Below are positions 8,605-17,220 of a DNA stretch of 36,353 bases, piece by piece. The stretch is from Spirochaetota bacterium (GTDB lineage Bacteria > Spirochaetota > Spirochaetia > DSM-27196 > PWMO01). The notes beneath the pieces were generated by a model. The model did not search any database, was not told where the DNA came from, and worked only from the letters and a program-made list of their open reading frames with translations. The stretch is taken from assembly GCA_009908925.1 (NCBI GenBank), contig JAAAOH010000125.1, positions 1-36,353 on the forward strand. The letters run 5' to 3'. Position 1 is the stretch's first letter. Each line of letters opens with the position of its first letter. Both the position numbers and the translations under genes were made by a program.

Positions 8605-9304
8605 CGCCGAGCTCGGCCTGCCAGTCACCTTTCACGGTGGGCCGCTCGAGGGAGCCGGCGAGCAGCTCGAGGAACTCATCACGCGCCATGTCCCTCGCAC
8701 CAAAGCGGTCCAGGTGCTCAGTGTACATCTGACAGTCCACACAGTCGAAGCCCCGTTCGGAAAGCACGCGGACGAGGGTCACGAACCCCGCCTTCGATGC
8801 GTCGGACACGCGCGCGAACATCGACTCACCGAAGAACATGCCCCCCAGGCTGACCCCGTAGAGCCCGCCGGCAAGCTTGCCCTCGGCCCAGACCTCGAGC
8901 GAGTGGGCATAGCCCAGGGTATTGAGCGTCTCATATCCCTCGATCATGTCGTCGGTGATCCACGTGCCGGCCTGTCCGCTGCGGGGAGCGACGCTGCAGG
9001 CGGCAATGACCTCGTCGAAGGCGCGGTCCAGCGTGAAGGCAAAGCGACCGCGATTCAGGGTCCGCCGCAGACTCTTCGGGATGTGGAGCTCTTCGGGGAA
9101 GAGGACGAAGCGGGGATCGGGAGACCACCACAGAATCGGCTCGCCGTCGGAGTACCACGGGAAAATGCCCTGCGTATACGCCGACAGCAGCACACCGGGC
9201 GAGAGGTTGCCGCCGGCTGCCACCAGGCCCTCCGCGCCGGCCTCTCGCGGCGAGGGGAATGCCACACGCTGATGCTCACCGAGATACGGAAAGCCTTCGC
9301 TCAT
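8579..9304 (-). CDS. aat: Leucyl/phenylalanyl-tRNA--protein transferase
   Basis: AYTQGIFPW, ILWWSPDPR, TWIT, GYAHSLEVW, FFGESMF, DASK, DCQ motifs; lies downstream of clpS-clpA. Confidence 0.96.
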   Translation of the reverse strand: MSEGFPYLGEHQRVAFPSPREAGAEGLVAAGGNLSPGVLLSAYTQGIFPWYSDGEPILWWSPDPRFVLFPEELHIPKSLRRTLNRGRFAFTLDRAFDEVIAACSVAPRSGQAGTWITDDMIEGYETLNTLGYAHSLEVWAEGKLAGGLYGVSLGGMFFGESMFARVSDASKAGFVTLVRVLSERGFDCVDCQMYTEHLDRFGARDMARDEFLELLAGSLERPTVKGDWQAELGDHPRFGGP

Positions 9305-9352
9305 GCAACAACGCTGCTACAGCGGCACCGGACGAGCGCTGTGGCCGGCGCT

Positions 9353-11752
9353 CTACGCATCGTCGCCGGAGCTTTCCGGAGCTTCGAGTGCCGGCCGCTC
9401 GTCGGATTCGATCTCCTCCGGCTGCGGTGTGCCCTCCGCCCGGATGACGATATCGTCTTCCTCGACGTCCACCACGGCGGTGCCTCCGTGCTCGAGCTCG
9501 CCGAAAAGCACCGCGTCGACGAAGAATGCCTTCACCTTGTCCTCCACGAGACGGGAGATGTTCCGAGCACCGAACTCCTCGGAATACCCGTGCTCGGCCA
9601 GCCACTTGAGAGCGGCGGGGCTGACCTCCACCTCGACCTTCTTCTCCGCAAGCTGCGAGTTGAATCCCTTGATCTCTTTGCTGACGATATTCTCGAGCAC
9701 CTCGGTGGCGAGGGCATTGAAAATGACGACCTTGTCCAGGCGGTTTCGAAACTCGGGGCTGAAGATGCGCTGCACCGCGTCGTTCACCGCCTCGTTGGTG
9801 ACCTGCCGCTCGCCGAATCCGATCATCGGCTTTCCGATCTCCCGGGCGCCTGCGTTCGAGGTCATGATGATGATGACGTTTCGGAAATCCGCCTTCTTGC
9901 CCGTGTTGTCGGTCATCGTCGCGTAATCCATCACCGAGAGCAGGATGTTGAAGATATCCTGGTGCGCCTTCTCGATCTCGTCGAGCAGGAGCACGGCATG
10001 AGGCGTCTTACGGATGGCATCAGTAAGTAGCGCTCCTTCCTCGTAGCCGACATAGCCCGGAGGCGATCCGATGAGGCGCGAGACGGTGTGCTTCTCCTGG
10101 TACTCGCTCATGTCGAACCGATGCATGGCCACACCGAGTGTCGAGGAGAGCTGACGCGCAAGCTCGGTCTTCCCCACGCCGGTGGGACCGACGAAGAGGA
10201 AGTTCGCTACCGGCTTGTCCGGGTTGCGGAACCCTGCGCGCGAGCGCTTGACTGCCTCGACAACCGAGGCGATGGCATCGTCCTGGCCGAAGACGACCTG
10301 GTGGAGGTCTTTGTCGAGATGCGCCAGTCGGTCCTTCTCGGAAGTGCCGACGCTGCGCTCGGGGATCTTGGCGATCCTGGAGACGACCTTCTCGATATCG
10401 TGCTCGCTGATGGTAACGGGCTCGGCGTCGTGTTCCGAGGCCTCCACGCGCATCCGGATGTAGGCGCCGGCCTCGTCAATGACGTCGATCGCCTTGTCGG
10501 GCAGATGGCGGTCCGTGATGTAGAGATGCGAGAGATGTACCGCCGCCTCGAGTGCGTCGTCGGTGTAGGTAACGTTGTGGTACTCTTCGTACTTGTCGCG
10601 CAGCCCCTTGAGAATCTCCACGGTCTCATCCTCGCTGGGCTCGGAGACCTCTATTTTCTGAAAACGGCGAGAGAGCGCCCGGTCCTTCTCGAAGTACTTC
10701 TTGTACTCTTCATACGTCGTCGAACCCACGCAGCGAATTCGTCCGGAGGAAAGAGCCGGCTTGAGCATGTTGGAGGCATCCATCGATCCGCCGGCAACCG
10801 CGCCCGCTCCGACCACGGTGTGAATCTCGTCGATGAACAGGATGACGTCGTCTCGCTTTTCGAGGGCCTTGATGACCTGCTTCATCCGTTCCTCGAAATC
10901 ACCGCGATACCGGGTGCCTGCGAGCATTCCGCCCATGTCGAGCGCGAGCACGCTGTAGTCCTTGAGAACCGACGGCACGGTGCCGTCCGCTATCCGCTGG
11001 GCAAGCCCCTCGGTTATGGCGGTCTTCCCGACGCCGGGATCACCGAGGTGGACGGGATTGTTCTTCATGCGACGGCAGAGCACCTGCACGGTGCGCTCGA
11101 GGATATCCTCGCGGCCGATGAGCGGCTCGAGCCTGCCCTCTCGCGCCTGCTCGGTGAGGTCGGTCGTGAATTTGGCGAGGGCGTCCTTCTTCTTCGCTTT
11201 GCCGCCTTCTTCCTCGCCCTCCTCGGCTTCACCGAGCCCTGGCGCGCCCTCTTCCTCTTCATCGGTATCGGAAAAGGCCTCGTCGCTCTCGACCTCGTAG
11301 TCCTCTTCCTCCACGTCCTCACGCTCGGTGGAGGACACGCCATGAGAGATGATCTGCAGCAGATCGATACGCTGAAGACCGGCCTTCTTCAGAAAGTAGG
11401 CACCGAAAGACTCATCCTCGTCGAATATGGATACGATGATGTCACCGATATCAACCTCTTCCTTGGAGGCTGCCTCAGTGTGGAAAACCGCACGCTCGAT
11501 GACGTTTTGAAAGCCGAGCGACTGCAGCGGGTCGGCACCCTCGAGCACCGGCACCTTTTCCTTGAGGTGCTGGTCGAGCTGGGTCCGCACGCCGTCGGGA
11601 TCCACGCCGCATTCGGCGACGATGTCACGGGGATAGTCGAAATGAAGCGCCGCATAGAGTACGTGCTCCGGCGTAAGATACTCGTGATTGCGCTGCTTCG
11701 CTTCCTGATATGCCGCGTTCAGGATGGCCTGAAGTTCTCGGTTTATTCGCAT
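9353..11752 (-). CDS. clpA: ATP-dependent Clp protease ATP-binding subunit ClpA
   Basis: Clp_N HEYLTPEH; two AAA+ modules ([14 protein letters not shown] and [17 protein letters not shown]); ClpP-docking IGF loop; no ClpB/C middle domain. Start set at MRINRE (11752). Confidence 0.95.
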   Translation of the reverse strand: MRINRELQAILNAAYQEAKQRNHEYLTPEHVLYAALHFDYPRDIVAECGVDPDGVRTQLDQHLKEKVPVLEGADPLQSLGFQNVIERAVFHTEAASKEEVDIGDIIVSIFDEDESFGAYFLKKAGLQRIDLLQIISHGVSSTEREDVEEEDYEVESDEAFSDTDEEEEGAPGLGEAEEGEEEGGKAKKKDALAKFTTDLTEQAREGRLEPLIGREDILERTVQVLCRRMKNNPVHLGDPGVGKTAITEGLAQRIADGTVPSVLKDYSVLALDMGGMLAGTRYRGDFEERMKQVIKALEKRDDVILFIDEIHTVVGAGAVAGGSMDASNMLKPALSSGRIRCVGSTTYEEYKKYFEKDRALSRRFQKIEVSEPSEDETVEILKGLRDKYEEYHNVTYTDDALEAAVHLSHLYITDRHLPDKAIDVIDEAGAYIRMRVEASEHDAEPVTISEHDIEKVVSRIAKIPERSVGTSEKDRLAHLDKDLHQVVFGQDDAIASVVEAVKRSRAGFRNPDKPVANFLFVGPTGVGKTELARQLSSTLGVAMHRFDMSEYQEKHTVSRLIGSPPGYVGYEEGALLTDAIRKTPHAVLLLDEIEKAHQDIFNILLSVMDYATMTDNTGKKADFRNVIIIMTSNAGAREIGKPMIGFGERQVTNEAVNDAVQRIFSPEFRNRLDKVVIFNALATEVLENIVSKEIKGFNSQLAEKKVEVEVSPAALKWLAEHGYSEEFGARNISRLVEDKVKAFFVDAVLFGELEHGGTAVVDVEEDDIVIRAEGTPQPEEIESDERPALEAPESSGDDA

Positions 11753-11766
11753 GGGTGAGCCCCTGT

Positions 11767-12072
11767 TTATTCCTTCTCGATCGTACACTTGAGCGGATAC
11801 TGCCGCTCCCGGGCCATCTTGTGTGCCTGGTTGACCTTCGTGGTGGCAACATCATATGTAAACGACCCGACGTTGCCCTTCCCGTTCTTGTGGACATGCA
11901 ACATGATTTTCGTCGCATCCATCACGGTCTTGCGAAAGACCTTCATCAGCACCTCCACCACGAACTCCATGGTGGTGTAGTCATCATTGTGGAGGAACAC
12001 CCGATACATGTCGGGCTCTTTGACTTCTTCCCTGGTTTTCTCTTTTGTGTCTTCCGATTGTCCAGGAAACAT
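11767..12072 (-). CDS. clpS: Clp protease adaptor ClpS
   Basis: YRVFLHNDDYTTMEFVV, MLHVH and YPL motifs; directly upstream of clpA. Confidence 0.96.
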   Translation of the reverse strand: MFPGQSEDTKEKTREEVKEPDMYRVFLHNDDYTTMEFVVEVLMKVFRKTVMDATKIMLHVHKNGKGNVGSFTYDVATTKVNQAHKMARERQYPLKCTIEKE

Positions 12073-12115
12073 ATCTCTCCGCTTGACCCGGTCTTATCGA
12101 TTCGAATACAGCCGA

Positions 12116-12145
12116 AAGATAATAGCAGGCGCTTCAGCCGGTCAA
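12116..12145 (-). promoter_or_regulatory. Putative sigma70 promoter of clpS-clpA-aat
   Basis: TTGACC-18 nt-TATCTT upstream of clpS. Confidence 0.5.
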
Positions 12146-12149
12146 ACGG

Positions 12150-12443
12150 TCACTTCATGCGCCGGTACGCGCGGACGTACGCGCAGGTCGGCGGCATCAG
12201 TCGGTCATACTTCGCGTGGAAGATGGTGACCTTGCGACAATCGGGGTTTACCTCGAAACGGCACCCGTACACGGTGCAACGTCCGGTTGCGGTATCCAGG
12301 TAGCGACAGGGCTGCGAATAGTCGATGAAGACACCGCCGCCGTTGAGGCGGCTGCGCTTGTAGCAGCACAGCCCGCAACCGGTGCACAGCGACTCCCATC
12401 GCGCGCGCCGTCGCCGCAGGCCGGCGGTAAGGCGTTTGAGCAT
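12150..12443 (-). CDS. Cysteine-cluster protein, YcgN/YkgJ (CxxCxxCC) family
   Basis: WESLCTGCGLCC...PCRYLD...CTVY...PDC...MPPTCAY is the YcgN/UPF0260-like pattern. Confidence 0.85.
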   Translation of the reverse strand: MLKRLTAGLRRRRARWESLCTGCGLCCYKRSRLNGGGVFIDYSQPCRYLDTATGRCTVYGCRFEVNPDCRKVTIFHAKYDRLMPPTCAYVRAYRRMK

Positions 12444-12449
12444 CCGGGT

Positions 12450-14558
12450 TTAGAACTCCCTCGGCCCGAAGTAACCCGCCTCGTCCCGGCCGCTGCGGCG
12501 GATCAGATAGGCCTCCACCTCCAGCGGAATATAGACGCGGCCGAAATCGGTGTTGCTTCCCGAAGTAACCCGCAGCGTGTAACGCCCACTGGGCCTATCA
12601 ACCACATCGTCCGGTATGCCCCGAATGCCGTCGTCCTGGTAGAGGAACATGCTCTCGCCGCCGGACTGCGAGCTCAGGTACTCCAGTGCGTCGTCGCGCT
12701 GTCCCTGCGCTACATAGACCACATAGAACCGGATGTGATTGTTGCGAAGCAGGGCGGCGAGCTCCTGGAGGCCGTAATTCTGAAAGGCGCCCTGCCCGAG
12801 CTCTCCGTTGGTCACGAACACGATGGCCCTGTGCTCACGAGTGTCGAGGAGGGACGTTGCCGAGAAGTAGAGTCCCCGGTCGAAGGACCACTCGGGTGAG
12901 AAGCCCTCTGGCGAGGCCGCGGCGGTGGCTACCCGCGCGGTAGATGACCCCGCCGGCGCCTCGAGCACGGGAGATACTCCCGCCGACACTACCCGCAGGG
13001 ACGCGTTTGCCGCCGACGCAAGCTGCGTGGCGGCCTCCCCCATCGCCTCCCGATCCTCTGCCATGGAACGCGACTTGTCGAGAAGCAGCGCGATCTGGCT
13101 GCGGTCGATGGCGTGGGCGGCCGCGATCAGCTCCGGCCCGCCGACCTGCCGGCCGTCCTCGGTCAGGTAGAAGTTGGTTTCGTCGAGTCCGACGATGGGA
13201 TTCCCGAGGCGGTCTTCCACCGCAACGTCGACGTACACCTCCGGGAAGTTATCCGCAATGACCCGCTCGATCTGCACGTGCAGACCGGAGTACAGGCTGG
13301 GAACACGGGAGAGAAAATACAGCTTGTTCTCATCGAAGTCCGTTGCAAGGAGGTTGCCGTTGGCATCGATGACACCCGATGTCACCCGATCCGAAGATCC
13401 GGCGACATCGGAGACCTCATGCAGAACCTCTTCCTCCGGGTCGAGCCGAACCAGCTGTGGGCCGTCGGCTATAAGAAGCTCTCCGTCCTCGATAACCGTC
13501 ATCTTCTCCGGCGAAACGAGTCCGAGCCCGCTGATGCTGCGCAGGTGGTTCCCGCTCTCATCGAACACGTGCAGGCCGCCGTCCGATGCGTCGGCCACGA
13601 AGAGACGCCCGTTCAGCCAGGCGATGCCGGTCGGCTCCCGCAGCCCGGAGAAGTCACCCTGAGAGGACGCCCCGAAGCACTGCACGAACTCACCGTCGAA
13701 ATCGTACTTGCATATCCGTCCGTTGCCCCAATCGCTCACGTAGATGAAACGCTGCCCGTCGGTCGCGAGGTACTGCGGCCCGAGGAGGTTGCCATCCCCC
13801 GTGCCCTGCCCTCCGAAGGTGAGCATCTTGTTGCCGCGCATGTTCACTTTCGAAACCCGGTCGCCACCGAACTCGCTGATGAAGAGCACCCCGTCGTGAT
13901 GGAGCACGTCGAAGGGCTGATCGAAGCCGGCCAGCCCCCCGCGCAGGCGCTGCTCGAGCACGCCGTTCGCGTTCAGGAGGATCACCTCCTGGGTGGCGAA
14001 GGAGGTTACGTAGAAGCCCCCGTCCCGACGCGGCTCTATCGAGACAGGCCGCCGGAACACGGCGCTTTCTCCCTGCACACCCTCGAGCTCACTCATCACC
14101 GCCCACTCACCCGGTTCGTAGAGCTCCGGCATCACCCCCTGTCGTGCGTTCACGATGTCGAGCAGCGACCGAAGGTGCGCACCTCCTGCGCCTGCGTCGA
14201 CGATGTACTCCCACTGGTTCAGCGCGGCGTCCACAAAACCCGCGAAGTAGTAGGCGCGCCCGAGCCAGTAGCGGGTGTCCATCACCTCCGGGGCGAAGCT
14301 CAAGCTTCGGCTGAAAGAGAGGATGGCATCGTTATAGCGCCCGTTATGAAATGCCCGAACGCCGAAGCGGAACTCCTCCTCCGCCTCGATGCGGTCCATG
14401 TTGATGTCCTGGGCCTCGAGGTGAAGGGCGGCGGGACCGAACGTACCGAGGACGACAAACATACCCAGGACGAGCAGCAGGAGCAGCGTGGATCGCGCGG
14501 CGGGAGCCGCAGGGAAGCAGCCGGCGCGGGCCGTTTTCGAAGCGGTGGGCTCTGTCAC
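12450..14558 (-). CDS. Exported TPR + NHL beta-propeller + VWA protein (candidate spirochaete flagellar-collar protein, BB0236/TP0421-like)
   Basis: Hydrophobic signal segment, two TPR-like helix pairs, NHL repeats (FDQPFDV, LLGPQYLA, LREPTGIA) and a VWA domain with MIDAS DKSRS. Confidence 0.8.
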   Translation of the reverse strand: MTEPTASKTARAGCFPAAPAARSTLLLLLVLGMFVVLGTFGPAALHLEAQDINMDRIEAEEEFRFGVRAFHNGRYNDAILSFSRSLSFAPEVMDTRYWLGRAYYFAGFVDAALNQWEYIVDAGAGGAHLRSLLDIVNARQGVMPELYEPGEWAVMSELEGVQGESAVFRRPVSIEPRRDGGFYVTSFATQEVILLNANGVLEQRLRGGLAGFDQPFDVLHHDGVLFISEFGGDRVSKVNMRGNKMLTFGGQGTGDGNLLGPQYLATDGQRFIYVSDWGNGRICKYDFDGEFVQCFGASSQGDFSGLREPTGIAWLNGRLFVADASDGGLHVFDESGNHLRSISGLGLVSPEKMTVIEDGELLIADGPQLVRLDPEEEVLHEVSDVAGSSDRVTSGVIDANGNLLATDFDENKLYFLSRVPSLYSGLHVQIERVIADNFPEVYVDVAVEDRLGNPIVGLDETNFYLTEDGRQVGGPELIAAAHAIDRSQIALLLDKSRSMAEDREAMGEAATQLASAANASLRVVSAGVSPVLEAPAGSSTARVATAAASPEGFSPEWSFDRGLYFSATSLLDTREHRAIVFVTNGELGQGAFQNYGLQELAALLRNNHIRFYVVYVAQGQRDDALEYLSSQSGGESMFLYQDDGIRGIPDDVVDRPSGRYTLRVTSGSNTDFGRVYIPLEVEAYLIRRSGRDEAGYFGPREF

Positions 14559-15220
14559 GACAGTCTCCTTACCTCGTCCCAGTGCGAGGCGATCTCATCG
14601 TTGTCAGGCGCGAGCTCATGCGCTCTCTTCAGGTAAACGCGGGCGTCGGCAACGTCTCCAAGCTTGAAGTACGTCCACCCGAGGGAGTCGAGGTACGCCG
14701 GGTTGCCGGACGCAATCTCAACCGCCTTCTTGCAGTACGACAGCGCAGCCTGAAGGCGGATGCCGTTGTCGGCCATGATGTAACCAAGCGAGTTGAGAGC
14801 CGTGGGATTGTCCGGGTCGATCTCGAGCGCCTTTTCGAGCTGCAGGATGCTCGCGCTGGTCTTCCCCTGCGCGTACTGTACGTGAGCGAGGGCGGCATGC
14901 ACCTTTGCGGAATCGAACCCCTCTTCGAGCAGGCGAGAGAACTCGAACTCGGCGAGTCTGTGACGATCAGTCACGGTATAAATGTAGCCGAGGAGCATGC
15001 GGCCCTGATAGATATGAGTGAAATCTTCGTCTCCGGTGACAACCTGCTCGAGATAGAGGACCGCCTCGTCGAAGCGCTCGAGGTTCGTGTAGCACAATCC
15101 GAGGTAGTATGAGAGCTCCGGATGCTGCTCGGGGTTCACATCCACAGCGAGGAAGGTCTCGAGTGCTTCCGCGTAACGCCGTTTTGCCAGCAGCTGCAGG
15201 CCGTCTTCAATCGATGCCAT
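14555..15220 (-). CDS. Tetratricopeptide repeat protein
   Basis: Repeated TPR signatures (YYLGLCY, ALEIDPDNPTALNSLGY, YLDSLGWTYFKLG). GTGA overlap with the next gene. Confidence 0.9.
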   Translation of the reverse strand: MASIEDGLQLLAKRRYAEALETFLAVDVNPEQHPELSYYLGLCYTNLERFDEAVLYLEQVVTGDEDFTHIYQGRMLLGYIYTVTDRHRLAEFEFSRLLEEGFDSAKVHAALAHVQYAQGKTSASILQLEKALEIDPDNPTALNSLGYIMADNGIRLQAALSYCKKAVEIASGNPAYLDSLGWTYFKLGDVADARVYLKRAHELAPDNDEIASHWDEVRRLS

Positions 15221-15225
15221 AGCGC

Positions 15226-15978
15226 TTATACCGTCGAGTCGACGTAGAGGGCCCTCCGGTAGTCCTCCTCGGATGGATGGCTGACCGGATTAATCATCAC
15301 CGGTGTGACCGAAATGGCACCGTGATGAACGGCGTACCAGTCGGTCCCCGGCACGAGCTCGGGATCAGCAGGATATCCGCCCATGAAGAAGTACACGTCC
15401 CCGTGCGGCGTGCGGAACTCCGAGAGCTTATCGTGGTACATCCGCACTGCCGGCGAGGTGACTTCCACCGGCTTGTCGCGCTCGGGCGTGTTCGGCGCGT
15501 TAATGTTCACGAAATGCTCCCCGTTCCACAGCTCGAGGAGATCATCCAGATGATCACGTATGAACTCCGCAAGCGGCTCGAAGTGCAGCGCGCCGCGGAA
15601 ACCGTCAACCGAGAGCGCAATTCCGGGCACGCCCATGATCGCGGCCTGGCGGGCCGCGGCCACGGTACCGGAGTAGATGATGTCCGTACCCAGGTTGGGG
15701 CCGATGTTGATGCCGGAGATCACCACGTCGGGCCGCTCGGGCAGCACGCCGGAGACAGCCAGGATGACGCAGTCCGCGGGTGAGCCGTCGGCGGCGAGGA
15801 TGCGCTCACCCATCTCCCGGCATTTGATCGGGTCCTTTATGGTGATGGAGTGCGAGGTGGCGCTTCGCTCGCCGTCCGGCGCGAGAATCCAGGTTTCATG
15901 GTGTGGCTCGAGCGCCTCTCTGACCGCGTGGAGTCCCGGGCTGTCGATGCCGTCATCGTTGGTCAGCAGTATTCGCAT
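15226..15978 (-). CDS. surE: 5'/3'-nucleotidase SurE
   Basis: ILLTNDDG, GSPADCV, VISGINIGPNLG and YSGTVAAA motifs. Confidence 0.97.
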   Translation of the reverse strand: MRILLTNDDGIDSPGLHAVREALEPHHETWILAPDGERSATSHSITIKDPIKCREMGERILAADGSPADCVILAVSGVLPERPDVVISGINIGPNLGTDIIYSGTVAAARQAAIMGVPGIALSVDGFRGALHFEPLAEFIRDHLDDLLELWNGEHFVNINAPNTPERDKPVEVTSPAVRMYHDKLSEFRTPHGDVYFFMGGYPADPELVPGTDWYAVHHGAISVTPVMINPVSHPSEEDYRRALYVDSTV

Positions 15979-17128
15979 TCTCCCTCCACTGCACGTTTAC
16001 TCCGTCTGCCGGCGAGGCCACAAAGGTATCGGTGCGAAAGCCGAATATTCGGTGATAATTCTCCAAAACCTCATGATACGCGGCGCGGGCGTCGGACTCA
16101 AGCAGCGTCACCGTGGAGCCGCCGAACCCTCCGCCGGCAAGCCGGGCGCCGTACACCCCTTCGATCCCCGCGACGTGTTTCACTATCCAGTCCACCTCCG
16201 GGCAGGACACCTCGTACTGGTCGCGAAGGCTCTGATGGGAGTGGGAGAGCAGTCGCCCCGCCTCCTGCAACCGCCCGTGCATGAGCGCCTGGGCCACCTC
16301 GCCCACCCGTCGTCCTTCCTGTATGACGTGGATGCAGCGGCGGCGCACCGTCTCCGGCATGCGTCCCATTTCCTCGTTTATCTCCGAGACTCTGTAATCA
16401 CGCAGGGCGGTTCCCCGTCGGCGGCGCGAGAGCACCGACAGCCCCTGCCGGCATTCCCCCGCACGGGCGGAAAACGTCGATTCGGTCGGAAGCTGCGGGA
16501 CGCCGGCAACGGTCACCTCGAGCACCGCGCTGCCGAGCTCGAAAGGTATGAGCTGCGGCTCATCGAAGCGTGTGTCGAAGAGTACCGCGTAGCCGTCACG
16601 CGCGAGATGGGCGGAGGCAAAGGGGGCAAGCCCCGAGCTGCGGGGTGAGTAGCCGGTCTCTCCACGCTTTGCACAGATCCACAGTTCCTGATCCGCGATA
16701 TCCAGGGAGAAGAGCTCCCGAAGACCCGCCAGTGTGGCAACGGCAATGGCCGCCGAAGCCGAGAGGCCGGCATCCGCCGGCACGTCGCCCCCGACGGTGA
16801 GATTCAGGCCGCTCAGCGCGACTCCGGTGCCCAGAAGCTCGGCAATGGCGCCCTTCAGCACGTTCGCCCAGCGGTCTTCACGCCGGTATTTCAGATTTGG
16901 TATGCTGGTGCGCTTCCGCTCGTCGTAATCGGCGGCGTAGAACCGCAGTGAGGAGTCACTGCGCCGTGACATAGCAACCCACATGCGTTGCGGAATCGCA
17001 GATCTGAGTACCGGGCCTCCACTTACCTCGGTGTGTGAGCCCATGAGGGTGATGCCTCCAGGGGCGGAAACCACGATTTCTGCCGCATCACCGTATTCCG
17101 CCTCATGAGCGGCGGCGTAGTCTTTCAT
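15953..17128 (-). CDS. Galactokinase-like GHMP kinase with degenerate substrate-binding and catalytic motifs
   Basis: GHMP fold motifs (PADAGLSASAA, SHQSLRDQYEVSCPE, GARLAGGGFGG). The GalK signature is altered (see findings). Start set at MKDY (17128). Confidence 0.8.
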   Translation of the reverse strand: MKDYAAAHEAEYGDAAEIVVSAPGGITLMGSHTEVSGGPVLRSAIPQRMWVAMSRRSDSSLRFYAADYDERKRTSIPNLKYRREDRWANVLKGAIAELLGTGVALSGLNLTVGGDVPADAGLSASAAIAVATLAGLRELFSLDIADQELWICAKRGETGYSPRSSGLAPFASAHLARDGYAVLFDTRFDEPQLIPFELGSAVLEVTVAGVPQLPTESTFSARAGECRQGLSVLSRRRRGTALRDYRVSEINEEMGRMPETVRRRCIHVIQEGRRVGEVAQALMHGRLQEAGRLLSHSHQSLRDQYEVSCPEVDWIVKHVAGIEGVYGARLAGGGFGGSTVTLLESDARAAYHEVLENYHRIFGFRTDTFVASPADGVNVQWRENANTADQR

Positions 17129-17160
17129 CCGGAGGCCCCCCACAGTTTATGCCACGAACT

Positions 17161-17214
17161 ATTCTACCCCGAAATGGGGGCGTTGTTCAACAAACTCTCT
17201 TTTTGCGATATGCT
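17161..17214. promoter_or_regulatory. Divergent promoters of the galK-like/surE operon (-) and lnt (+)
   Basis: Minus strand: TTGAAC(17190-17185)-18-TAGAAT(17166-17161). Plus strand: TATGCT(17209-17214), 6 nt before ATG 17221. Confidence 0.55.
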
Positions 17215-17220
17215 CGCGCG

